Made by a program: the position numbers and the translations under genes
Assembly (NCBI GenBank): GCA_963845755.1
Contig: CAWJTV010000039.1
Coordinates: forward strand, 401,457 to 465,456
Direction of reading: 5' to 3'
DNA length: 64,000 nucleotides
Origin: an uncultured Planctomycetota bacterium
GTDB lineage: Bacteria; Planctomycetota; Planctomycetia; Isosphaerales; Isosphaeraceae
The notes under the pieces: model-generated
The model's input: the letters and a program-made list of their open reading frames with translations, nothing else
Databases searched by the model: none
What the model was told of the DNA's origin: nothing
Shown: positions 48,342 through 57,839 of the stretch, one piece after another
How positions within the stretch are numbered: position 1 is the first letter of the stretch
Layout of the letters: every line of letters starts with the position of its first letter

Positions 48342-48698
48342 ATGCCCGAAGGCGATGTCACTCAGCCTGGGCGTATTGCCTTCGTCCACTCGATCCGCGA
48401 CCTCCTGCGCGAGATCCGCGAGCGGCCGGCCCTCTGGCTCAACGCCAAGACGCTGACCGGCCTGAAGTGCCTGCTCATGGGCTACGAGATCGCCTGCGCT
48501 GTACACGACATTGCCGAGACGGAGCAGCTTCCCGACGACGTCCCCTGGCAGGGCTTCAGCGATTGGCTGGCGAAGCGATATGATAAAGGCGGTTGGACGG
48601 TCGATTGGCATTGGCTGCTGGTGGAGCACTCGCGATCGCAGGAAGAGGCATTCGACCGCTTCTTCGATCTGCTTGCCGAGTACGAATCCGGCGGCTAA
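48342..48698 (+). CDS. Cassette: conserved hypothetical helical protein
   Basis: LLREIRERPALWL...GY...FFDLLAEY; stop codon inside attC R''. Confidence 0.7.
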   Translation: MPEGDVTQPGRIAFVHSIRDLLREIRERPALWLNAKTLTGLKCLLMGYEIACAVHDIAETEQLPDDVPWQGFSDWLAKRYDKGGWTVDWHWLLVEHSRSQEEAFDRFFDLLAEYESGG

Positions 48699-48760
48699 CA
48701 AAGCGATGCAGCGGACCCGCTGCGCGGGCCGCTGATCTTTATCGTTAGACTGGTGGGGCC

Positions 48761-49097
48761 ATGAGCGTCACCGACGACCTCGACCGGCTGTTCCCGGGCC
48801 ACCGCTCGCCCGAGCGGGCTGCCGATTGGGAGGCGCTCGAAGCAGCGGCTTGCCTACGGGCAGTCCGTCACTGGTACGGTCGTCGTCAAATCCCCGTTCG
48901 GGGCGTGGGTCGACCTCGGCGTCGGTTTCCCTGCCCTGCTGGAGATCATCGTCATTGTGGGCCTGACGCCCGAGAAATATCGTGCGGGTGACTGGTGCCC
49001 TGTCGGTAGCGAAGTCTCGGCGTTTGTCGGTGGATTCCGCGATGACTCTCATCAGATAGGGCTGTGGCAGGTGCCGGTCGGCCATGGCCGCGTCTAA
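48761..49097 (+). CDS. Cassette: S1/OB-fold domain protein; frameshifted
   Basis: VTGTVVVKSPFGAWVDLG...PVGSEVSAFV; stop in R''. Confidence 0.6.
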
Positions 49098-49174
49098 CTC
49101 CGCGTTGCAGTGGACCCGCCTGCGGCGGGCCGCTGAACTTTCCGTTAGGAGGCATTCGTCTCAGGTCGTATACA

Positions 49175-49615
49175 ATGCGGTGGGTGATTCGCGTAGTTGC
49201 TTCCGCAGTCGCTGTCGCAAGCCTCGGGGCTGGCTGGTGCCTTTACCAAGGTATCTCCGCGTCGCTACATGCGGAGTACGGCTTACACGCCACGTTGCTC
49301 ACAGTCGAGTTGCTGCGGGATTATGTACTCGAGCACGACGGCCAATGGCCGCGTTCCTGGGCCGACCTCGAGGGTCTACCTCCGCGGAAACGGGCGATGT
49401 ACGAGTGGCCGATGGATTCGCGGGAGGTGCAACAGTATGTCGCGGTTGACTTCTCTGCCGATCCACAACGGTTGGTGAAGCAGAGTGTTGATGAGTTCGA
49501 AGCCGTGCGTCCGATCGGACCCTATTACCTTTTCAAGCACTATGGTTCGGTTGAGGCCCTCCTTAAAGCCGTTCGTGAGACGGAGAACCAGAGCGAGGGT
49601 CGCGGATCACCATAA
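49175..49615 (+). CDS. Cassette: membrane-anchored hypothetical protein
   Basis: N-terminal TM; YVLEHDGQWPRSWADL. Confidence 0.65.
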   Translation: MRWVIRVVASAVAVASLGAGWCLYQGISASLHAEYGLHATLLTVELLRDYVLEHDGQWPRSWADLEGLPPRKRAMYEWPMDSREVQQYVAVDFSADPQRLVKQSVDEFEAVRPIGPYYLFKHYGSVEALLKAVRETENQSEGRGSP

Positions 49616-49705
49616 TCGGGGCGCGAGCTAACCCAGCGTTGCAGCGGACCCGCCTGCGGCGGGCCGCTGAACTTTTCGTTAGCCGTCGTTCGAGGAGCAG
49701 TGGGC

Positions 49706-50137
49706 ATGGCTTCTGAAGTCGAGGAGGTCATGGCGGAACCCGAGTACTTCTTTCGCTTCGGTGCCACGCTCCGGATCTTTGGGGACATCGGAGACTTGGA
49801 GGCGATCACAGCCGAACTTGGTATCGTGCCAACTCATGCGCATCGGAGGGACGAGAAGCTTCTGCCGACCTCTCCCAGGGGCTACGAGCATGACATGTGG
49901 TCCTACTCCGCTCCGGTACCCCGGGGTCGTCCGCTGCAAGTCCATCTGGAATCGCTCTGGCTCGCCGTTCGGCCGCACGTCGCCTATCTGAAAGGCTTGA
50001 AGGAGCGCCTGTCCGTCAACGTGTATTGCAGCTACCATACGAATTGCAGCACCGGAGGCTTCGAGGTTGATCACCGAGCCCTGATCATCTTCGCCGAGCT
50101 TGAGGTGCCGTTCGGCGTGTCCGTCGGCATAGCGTGA
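49706..50137 (+). CDS. Cassette: DUF4279-like protein, copy 2
   Basis: Identical translation to 43872-44303. Confidence 0.75.
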   Translation: MASEVEEVMAEPEYFFRFGATLRIFGDIGDLEAITAELGIVPTHAHRRDEKLLPTSPRGYEHDMWSYSAPVPRGRPLQVHLESLWLAVRPHVAYLKGLKERLSVNVYCSYHTNCSTGGFEVDHRALIIFAELEVPFGVSVGIA

Positions 50138-50212
50138 CACGTCTAACGAGGCGATGCAGCGGACCCGCCTGCGGCGGGCCGCTGATCTTGGACGTTAGCC
50201 AGCGGAGGGCTC

Positions 50213-50494
50213 ATGGCCGACGATCTTGTGCACCTCCTGCTCGACATCAAGCTCGCCGGCGACGGGTTCGCATCGCCGGACGAGTTTGATCTCCGGGACC
50301 GGCTCGTTGAGCGGATCGAGCGACTGGGCATCGGTGAGGTCGGCGGCTATGGCTCGGGAGTCGGCGGCATGGACATCTCCGTGCTCGTCGCTGATGAAGC
50401 TGAAGGTCGGGGGCGGCTGAGTCGACTCATGCAGGAGGTCGCGCCGGATGCTCGCTTCACCATCGAGGTACTTGCAGACGAGGATGACGGCTAA
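50213..50494 (+). CDS. Cassette: small acidic hypothetical protein
   Basis: GGAGG RBS; stop in R''. Confidence 0.7.
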   Translation: MADDLVHLLLDIKLAGDGFASPDEFDLRDRLVERIERLGIGEVGGYGSGVGGMDISVLVADEAEGRGRLSRLMQEVAPDARFTIEVLADEDDG

Positions 50495-50587
50495 CGAGGC
50501 GATGCAGCGGACCCGCCTGTCGGCGGGCCGCTGATCTATGGCGTTAGCCGGCCTGCATTCCGAACGAGGTGTGACCGAGGCCGGCAT

Positions 50588-51202
50588 ATGAGGAGGCCAC
50601 GTATTTCGATCGCCGGACTCATGGTGTTTGTCGTGTTCCTCGGCATCACCTTCGCCGCGTTGCGCACCGATACGGAATCCTGGTCACGTGTGATGCTGAG
50701 CCTCGCGATCGCCTCAAACGGCGTTGCCCTGATCGGCCGCCTCTCCACTCGAAGCCCCAATGAGTTGGCCTGGACCGGCTATTTAATCTTCGGGGCAGGC
50801 TACCTCGTGCTCTGCATCGGCCCATGGTGTGACGAGCACATCATGCCGCACCTCGTGACAACGCCACTTATTGATGATCATTATACGAAGCTGCAGTATA
50901 CTCCTACGCATGCCGGAGAGCGGGTCTGGACAACGGATGGGCCCGGTCGAGGGTTCGCGGGAGGCGAGACCTTCGGCGATATCGGCGCCGAGACGGCCAG
51001 TTTCAATGTCGCACACGATCGTGGGACCACGTCTCGATACAATGCGACTCAACTCCGCGCCATCAGCCCGGATGGCTATCGACGACTTTGCCATTCCACC
51101 ATATCCTTCTGGACGGGCCTTCTCGGAGCGCTGCTGGCACGTTGTCTCCGAGGGATCAATCACGATAACTCGATGCGTAGAGCGGCCTCCGGGTCCGCCT
51201 AA
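50588..51202 (+). CDS. Cassette: membrane protein with planctomycete-type RISIAGLM N-terminus
   Basis: MRRPRISIAGLMVFVVFLG; stop in R''. Confidence 0.7.
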   Translation: MRRPRISIAGLMVFVVFLGITFAALRTDTESWSRVMLSLAIASNGVALIGRLSTRSPNELAWTGYLIFGAGYLVLCIGPWCDEHIMPHLVTTPLIDDHYTKLQYTPTHAGERVWTTDGPGRGFAGGETFGDIGAETASFNVAHDRGTTSRYNATQLRAISPDGYRRLCHSTISFWTGLLGALLARCLRGINHDNSMRRAASGSA

Positions 51203-51291
51203 CCGGCGGTTGCAGCGGACTCGCTCCGCGGGCCGCTGAACCTTCACGTTAGACGGCGCTTATACGTGGCATATCCTGGGGACCGACGGCC

Positions 51292-51552
51292 ATGTACCCG
51301 GCTCTCTTCGCATCCTTGGTCGTGCTCACGTGCCTCCTGGGCCTGGCCTGCGCCGGCGTCAGCCTACTCGGAGTCCTCGCGATAACCCGTCGGTGCTTCA
51401 TCCGAGGGCGCGGGCTCCGGGCTGTCGTTCTCTCCGGGCCCGAGGCCGTCAAGGCGGGTGCAATCCTCATCCCGGCAGGGCTCGTCCTGGCGACGCCCTT
51501 CCTCGCCTTCGGGGTGTGGGGTATCATCGTCCTACTGGGCGGCAGGCTGTGA
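51292..51552 (+). CDS. Cassette: two-TM small protein
   Basis: Hydrophobic ORF between attC sites. Confidence 0.6.
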   Translation: MYPALFASLVVLTCLLGLACAGVSLLGVLAITRRCFIRGRGLRAVVLSGPEAVKAGAILIPAGLVLATPFLAFGVWGIIVLLGGRL

Positions 51553-51647
51553 ACGATCGTCGCCTAACGAGGCGATCCAGCGGACCCGCTCCGCGGGCCG
51601 CTGATCTTGGTCATTAGGCCGCGTCGCGCGAACCGTGAGGCGACTCC

Positions 51648-52290
51648 ATGATTGACCTGGTTCCTTCCGAGTACGACGATCCCGACTTTCTGCAACTGAC
51701 GCAGCGGATCGTCGAATGGCGCCGTCAAGACACTTCGGGTGCCTGAAGTCTACCTGGTGCACATAGACAATTGGTTTGATTACAAGTGGCTGGGATGGTG
51801 GAGCTGGAAACTCAAAGAACTGAAGGAGCTGTGCGTTCCCCCCTTTAACCCAAACCGTGTCGTCTCAGAGCAGCACTTCATTTGGGACGCGAATAGCTCG
51901 CTATGGATGTCCGCGGGTCGAGGAAAGCCTCTCCACCTTCGTCAGCCCGGCCGATCCGCGTCGTACGCTCAGACGCTCGATCGATTCTCGAAATCCGCAG
52001 CCTTCATTTGGTACAGTGGGAATACGGTTACAAACCGGGCGGGAAGCGCGATGCTGTACCTATCGGGCGCGGAGGGCTACTCGTGGTATGCCTCGTTCCT
52101 CAAGAAGGAAAAGCACTGGAGGGTTGACGACGAGTGCCGAATTACCAGGAGGGAACTGGTGTCATTCGAAGCCAGCGGTCGCGAAATGGAACTGGTTCGA
52201 ACGTCGTCTTGGTCTCTGAGCAGCGAGACCGAGACAAACCGTCAGGACCTAACCTGCGGTTGCAGCGGACCCGCTGCGCGGGTCCGCTGA
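51648..52290 (+). CDS. Cassette: conserved hypothetical protein (IDNWFDxKWL motif); indel near 51715
   Basis: EVYLVHIDNWFDYKWLGW...VPPFNPNRV. Confidence 0.6.
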
Positions 52291-52321
52291 ACCTTTTCGT
52301 TAGGCGGCTACCATCGGCGCC

Positions 52322-52672
52322 ATGACCTTGATCCTCGGCTACCTGGCATTCGCACTGGGGGCTTTCCTCAGCCTGCTCAACTTCTACCTCAGCTTCGTCC
52401 GCGTCCCGCTGCTACGCGCCCTCTGCCGGCCGTCGCGGTGGGTCTCGGGCTTCCCGCTCGTTGGTTCGCTCCTACTGGTCGCCTCGGCGGCACTGCTGTG
52501 GAGGGTGCGGTGGTTGGCCCTTTGCGCTTTGGGCGTCGCGGCGCTGGACACCGGCGGGTTACACTGGTTCCTTGGCGTCCTACTCTGGATGGCGATCTCT
52601 GGTCGATCCGAGGGCGGAGACGCCGCCGAACATGGCGATGCAGCGGACCCCGCTGCGGCGCGGGGCCGCTGA
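52322..52672 (+). CDS. Cassette: membrane protein
   Basis: LNFYLSFVR...SGFPLVGS...LDTGGLHWF. Confidence 0.65.
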   Translation: MTLILGYLAFALGAFLSLLNFYLSFVRVPLLRALCRPSRWVSGFPLVGSLLLVASAALLWRVRWLALCALGVAALDTGGLHWFLGVLLWMAISGRSEGGDAAEHGDAADPAAARGR

Positions 52673-52703
52673 TCTTGAGCGGTAGGCAGCGAGAGCAGCA
52701 CCG

Positions 52704-53423
52704 GTGGACGAGGTCATCATCCTATATCGCCCGGTCGGTCCGAAGGAGCTTGCGCTCATCGAGGCATCCGGTTGGACAGCCTTCCCACCGCGCTTACCCG
52801 AACAGCCGATCTTCTACCCTGTGCTCAACGAAGAATACGCCGCCTGGATCTCGCGGAGATGGAACGTGAGGGATTACGGGTCGGGCTTCGTCACGAGGTT
52901 CGCGGTCCGATCAGAGTTCGCGAGGCGTTATGTCGTACAGCGCGTCGGGGCCGGCCATGCCGAAGAACTTTGGGTACCCGCCGAAGAGTTGGCGGAATTC
53001 AATCGGAATATTGGACACTCCTCGCTCATCACCACCTCGGTTCGAGACTGTTCCCTACGCCGAAGGCGTTAGACAGCACAGCCCAGGGTCGCCGCAAGGC
53101 GCACCCTGGGAAGCGATCCGCCCTCAGAACACCTGTACCCCAACGGGGTTCCACAACCGAGTCCGCCCCATCGTCCTCAGGGTGCGCCTGCGGCGACCCT
53201 GGGCTGTGTTGTGTAACGCCTTCGGCGTAAGGACACGATGGTGGATAGTCTCCCCGCGATTCCCAGGGTGCGCCTGCGGCGACCCTGGGCTGTGTTGTGT
53301 AACGCCTTCGGCGTAAGGATCGCAACCCAATCCCACGGGTGGCTCCAGGAACCCGGTGGCGTTCGGCGAGGAGTGTCGAATATTGTGGGCTGCATCGAGG
53401 TCATCGCCGAGTTCCATACCTAA
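52704..53423 (+). pseudogene. Cassette: 'ADP-ribosylation/crystallin J1'-type small protein interrupted by a MITE
   Basis: LYRPVGPKEL...FPPRLPEQPIFYPVLNEEYA; C-terminus VGCIEVIAEFHT* resumes after 53385. Confidence 0.75.
53014..53377. mobile_element. 364 bp non-autonomous element (MITE) with 12 bp TIR and 8 bp TSD, containing REP-like hairpins
   Basis: GACACTCCTCGC...GCGAGGAGTGTC flanked by GAATATTG at 53006-53013 and 53378-53385. Confidence 0.9.
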
Positions 53424-53500
53424 CAAGGCGATGCAGCGGACCCGCTTCGCGGGCCGCTGAATTTGGGCGTTAGGCGGTGGTGATTTGACGGGAGGGTCAA

Positions 53501-53990
53501 TTGGACGAGAGCCGCTTCTGGTCGATGATTGAGACCGCGTGGGGTGCGGCTGGCGGCAAGAGCCAGTCTCGTCAGCGGCTCGCCGAGGGTCGGCTCTCGG
53601 AGGACCGTGCCTACGCGCCTGGAGGAGGCGTTGGACGAAGTCATTCCGGCGCTTCGGGACCAGCTCTCCGGCTTGCCCGCCGACGAATTGCTGGAGTTCG
53701 ACCGCATCTTGGAGCGGAAGCTGTACGACATTGACCGGGCCGACATTCATAATCGGACGGATGGGTCTGACGACGGGTTCCTCTACTGCCGTGGGTTCAT
53801 CGTCGCGATGGGCCGGGGCTACTACGAGGCAGTCCGATCGAATCCCGTCATCGCCATTCCGGACGCGGAGTGCGAGGAGATGTGCTACCTGTCGTGGCAC
53901 ATGTACCACGAACGATTCGGCGAAGTGCTTCCATCAGGCATTTCCCGGGAGACGCAGTCCAACTCGGTGGGGTGGCCATCAGACGCCTAA
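53501..53990 (+). CDS. Cassette: DUF4240-like protein (indel near 53615)
   Basis: MDESRFWSMIE...GSDDGFLYCRGFIVAMGR..YE. Confidence 0.8.
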
Positions 53991-54083
53991 CACGACATTC
54001 CAGCGGATCCGCCTACGGCGGGCCGCTGAATTTAGGCGTCAGGCGTCAGATCCCGATTCCGGCATTTGGCATAGGTGTTATCG

Positions 54084-54670
54084 ATGTCCGCACGCGGCTC
54101 TTTCGTCACGAATCCACTCTCTCGGTCGTCGAAATTGATGGCCGAATCGACACGCCGAATCCCTCTGTTTTGGTTGTCGTTCCTTTCGACGGAGGACATC
54201 GATTGCGCCGAGCACCCGGGACAATTCAAGATCGACCGGAAGCAGGCGATCGACAGGGCCTCAAACAATCTTCCCTTTTCTTGAAAATCTTCCCAGAAGT
54301 CGGCGTGTTTGGGGAAATGGCCCGCAGCTTTCTCGAGTTACTCCGATCGCAACGGGCCAAGGCCGTCGGAATCGAGGTCATTGAACTCTTGGAGGAGTTG
54401 CAGGACGGGGAGGGTCACGAGGGGATGCCGAAGCTCCGAAATGCTGTGGAGGCTATAGAGCGCCAAGACGCTGATTATTCGCTGACCGTGCCACCGCGAA
54501 CCGTCAAGAATCCCTTCACCCGCGAGGATACGCAGCTCAAGGAACAGAGGTTTTCCTCTACGCGGGAGATGCTGCTCTACATTTGCTCGCTTCGACCCGA
54601 GGATCTGAACTCAAAAAAGAGAGAGGAAGTACAACATGCGATTGTCGGTTACATTTGGGAGTGGGAGTAA
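54084..54670 (+). CDS. Cassette: hypothetical protein, paralog of 60619-61206; frameshifted
   Basis: Shared RIPLFWLSFLSTEDID and PKLR.AVEAIER...VG.IWEWE. Confidence 0.7.
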
Positions 54671-54769
54671 ACGGTGTAAACCAAATCTGAAGCCTCGCCT
54701 AACCCGCGGTTGCAGCGGACCCGCTGCGCGGGCCGCTGAACCTTGGCGTTAGGCCGAGAAGGGAGCACG

Positions 54770-55228
54770 ATGAAACGGCAGCCGATCACCCTGAATGGCC
54801 TCACCTCCGACGAAGTTCTGGCGTTGCCTGATGACCTCATCGACTCCCAGATCCTGTGCGGCGAGCCGCTGGTGTTCCGCGTCGGCACGGCGGATATCCT
54901 CGGCCGGTTCTGGGTAGCCGACGGGTCGCTGGTGCTGGAGTTGGGCCACATCGATGGGGGCGGCGAGGGAGTGCTGCCAACCATCTCTGAGCTGGCCAAG
55001 CGCTATGCACAACGTCGGGGATTGGTAGCGCTCGACTGGCGGGTTCATGCGCTCAATTGCGCACGGCCCAACCTCAAGCTACGTCGTGTGCTGGAGCGGC
55101 GTGGGTTCGTGGTCGCCGATGTGGCAGGCACCGGCCCCTGCTACCATCAAGTTCAGCCGGTGCAATCAGGACGCGCATTTACGGAACCTAACGAAGCATT
55201 GCAGCCGACCCGCTGGGCGGGCCGCTGA
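54770..55228 (+). CDS. Cassette: hypothetical protein, possibly GNAT-like fold
   Basis: HIDGGGEG...N..LRRVLERRGF. Confidence 0.55.
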   Translation: MKRQPITLNGLTSDEVLALPDDLIDSQILCGEPLVFRVGTADILGRFWVADGSLVLELGHIDGGGEGVLPTISELAKRYAQRRGLVALDWRVHALNCARPNLKLRRVLERRGFVVADVAGTGPCYHQVQPVQSGRAFTEPNEALQPTRWAGR

Positions 55229-55314
55229 ATTTGGGCGTTAGGAGGCGCGGGGTTGAGGTGATTGCGCCGGGTCTCACATTGCGACCCTTCGCACTCCCGC
55301 GGTAGGATGGGAGT

Positions 55315-55616
55315 ATGCTGACGCCAATATTTCTTGACGTCGATCCGCGTACGCTGCACCTGCCGCCCTCATCACGCTGGGGCGCGACCCTGGTAAGCTG
55401 CAGCGGCAGATCGCGCGATTCGGGAGGTCGCCGGTGGGCATGCCCCCACCGTGGGTCTACCGGGGCTTCGATGGAGCCCTGGTGATCTCTGATGGCGTAA
55501 CGCGGGCGACGCGTGTCGCCAAGCTCCTGCCCGGCGTGCTCAAACGCGTCGAGGTCATCAGCGATCAGAAGACGCCCGTCGGCCACTATCCTACAGTAGG
55601 AGATCGCCTGCCATGA
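55315..55616 (+). CDS. Two-gene cassette, gene 1: ParB/sulfiredoxin-like small protein (indel near 55386)
   Basis: FLDVDPRTLHLP...GMPPPWV...VISDGVTRATR. Confidence 0.6.
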
Positions 55617-55828
55617 TCGATCCGGTGCGGAAAGACGTGTTCCATGCCTTGGAGGAGTTAAGCGAGTCTTGTCCGGAATACCGGTTCGGCCAGATGATCG
55701 CCAACTTGACGATGCTGGCGCGGGGGGATGCCGAAGGTGCCCTATGGGATCTGGAGGATGAGGAATTGCTCTCTGCGGCGCGGAAGCATTTGTCGGACTG
55801 GAACGAGCGGCACGCCTCAGTCGCCTAA
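55613..55828 (+). CDS. Two-gene cassette, gene 2: small acidic helical protein
   Basis: ATGA overlap; PEYRFGQMI...WDLEDEELL; stop in R''. Confidence 0.7.
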   Translation: MIDPVRKDVFHALEELSESCPEYRFGQMIANLTMLARGDAEGALWDLEDEELLSAARKHLSDWNERHASVA

Positions 55829-55970
55829 CCCGGCGTTGCAGCGGACCCGCGCGGCGGGCCGCTGATCTTTGGAGTCAGCCGGCTCCGCTGCCGAGGGCGT
55901 CTCGCGCGTCCCTCCGGTGTCGGCGGCCTGCGGTCCCGCCCGAGCCCGCCGAAGCGATCCGGCCACCCGC

Positions 55971-55999
55971 TTGCTAAGAGCCCTCGCGCGCGGCATGCT
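55971..55999 (+). promoter_or_regulatory. Candidate promoter in a gene-less cassette (55874-56177)
   Basis: TTGCTA-17 nt-CATGCT; no credible + strand ORF between the two attC sites. Confidence 0.4.
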
Positions 56000-56202
56000 G
56001 GTGTTATAGGTCCACGACCCCGCGGGCGCCGTCCGCGGCCGGAGCACCGGAGGTGCGGCGCGGGGGCCATCGCGGCGGGGGTAGGCCGTCTCACACGTCG
56101 CTCCAGCGGATCCGGCCCGCTGCCGCGTCTCGTGACATCGGAGCTGTGCCCGGCGGGCCGGTCCGGCGATCTGGTTTGTTATTTGCTTCGAGGTCAGGTG
56201 AG

Positions 56203-56745
56203 ATGTCCGCACGCACCTACATGGTTTCCTTACAGTCCCTGGATCCCATCAGAAGAGCGATCAGCTCGAAGGATCGCGATCTATTGGACGCATTGCTTCC
56301 GGCTGTATCTGAGAATTTCCGATCCGCCGCCGAGGGGATGATCATGGGCCCTCCTCCTGCGAAGGAACCCGGATGCTGGGGTTTTCTGGTTGAACCACTC
56401 GCCCAACACTTCGGCTTGTCCCCTCGCCGCTTGCCACTCGACGATTGGAAGCACTACTACGTCTGGAATGATTACCGTTCGATTGCAGATCCTCACTTGT
56501 CAGGACAGGGGAAGAAGCTCTTGGAATTCATCGATTCCGGGAGGCCGTTCGTTGGTACCAGTATGGATCACGACGGAAGTATGTTCGCCTGGCTAACTGC
56601 CGCTGAGGCCAAGAGCCTCTTGGATGAATTGACCGCAATTGATGCCGCGACGTTTGATGAGTTGGACGAGTTTCATGAAGAGTTGATCGAATCGTTGCAG
56701 CAAACCGTAGATCGCGGCGCAGACCTGTTCGTCGGCGCTTGCTGA
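56203..56745 (+). CDS. Cassette: acidic conserved hypothetical protein
   Basis: IRRAISSKD..LL; WLTAAE; GADLFV. Confidence 0.65.
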   Translation: MSARTYMVSLQSLDPIRRAISSKDRDLLDALLPAVSENFRSAAEGMIMGPPPAKEPGCWGFLVEPLAQHFGLSPRRLPLDDWKHYYVWNDYRSIADPHLSGQGKKLLEFIDSGRPFVGTSMDHDGSMFAWLTAAEAKSLLDELTAIDAATFDELDEFHEELIESLQQTVDRGADLFVGAC

Positions 56746-57044
56746 CCGCAACCAACACCGTGTTGCAGCAGACGCCGGCCCGCTCGACAGGCACCAAACG
56801 GCGGACCCGGCTAACGAGGCGATGCAGCGGACCCGCCTGTCGGCGGGCCGCTGATCTTGATCGTTAGAGTCGTCCTGCGTAGGATCCCTGCCGCAGTGCG
56901 CGCATCTGGGGATTCCGAATTCCGGATTCGCGATTCCGGATTCCCGGATCATTCCCCTTCGGGAATCCGGAATCGCGAATCGGGAATCCCGATGGGGTTG
57001 CGGCCGAAGGTCGCGTTAGGGGTTGTCGTGCGGAGGCGTTCGCG

Positions 57045-57839
57045 ATGTCCACTGCCGATGAAGCGCTGCTGGCTGCATTCGACGGGCACCACGTCGAGGG
57101 CGTCCGCGCCGCGCTGGATGCGGGAGCTGACCCGAGTTCCCCGATTCGAGGCAAGCCGCCCATCTATTGGCTGCTCGAAGAGTACATGCGATCCGATCGA
57201 CTCCCGGCTTGCCTCCGTTTACTGTTTGAGCGCGGGGCCGCGCTCGACGACCCGGCCGTCGTGCCCGTACTGCTGAATGATCCGGAAACGATCAGGGCTG
57301 CTGTCAGGGCAACCCCGTCACTCCTCGAGCACCGTACCACCCTGACCTCATCGTTTACGTCGCTGGTCGGTGTATCCCTGCTCCACGTGGCCGCCGAATA
57401 CGGGCACTTGGATGCCGCACGCGCCCTGGTCGAAGCCGGTGTCGATGTGAACGCGACGGCCGCCGTCGATGAGGATGGCCTCAACGGGCACACCCCGCTG
57501 TTCCACGTGGTGAACTCGCTCGGGAACCGGTCCGAGCCGATCATGCGCTTGCTTCTGGCCGCCGGCGCCAAGCCAGACGTGCGTCTGACCGGAATCTCGT
57601 GGGGGAAGGGGTACCCTTGGGAGACGACGTTCTTCGACGTCACGCCCATCTCGTACGCCCAGATGGGGCTCCTTCCACAGGTACACAGGAGCGAGCGAGA
57701 GATCTACGCAAATATTAGACTTCTGTTGGAAACCGCGGGCCGGAAAGTGCCGTCCCTGGCCAATGTTCCCAATCGCTACCTGCAACCTAAGTCAAAGATC
57801 TTCTTCTATGAACACGCTGAGGTCAAGGCCCCCGACTAA
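57045..57839 (+). CDS. Cassette: ankyrin-repeat protein; original stop removed by the IS110 insertion
   Basis: SLLHVAAEYGHLDAARALVEAGVDVNA, GHTPLFH. Confidence 0.85.
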   Translation: MSTADEALLAAFDGHHVEGVRAALDAGADPSSPIRGKPPIYWLLEEYMRSDRLPACLRLLFERGAALDDPAVVPVLLNDPETIRAAVRATPSLLEHRTTLTSSFTSLVGVSLLHVAAEYGHLDAARALVEAGVDVNATAAVDEDGLNGHTPLFHVVNSLGNRSEPIMRLLLAAGAKPDVRLTGISWGKGYPWETTFFDVTPISYAQMGLLPQVHRSEREIYANIRLLLETAGRKVPSLANVPNRYLQPKSKIFFYEHAEVKAPD

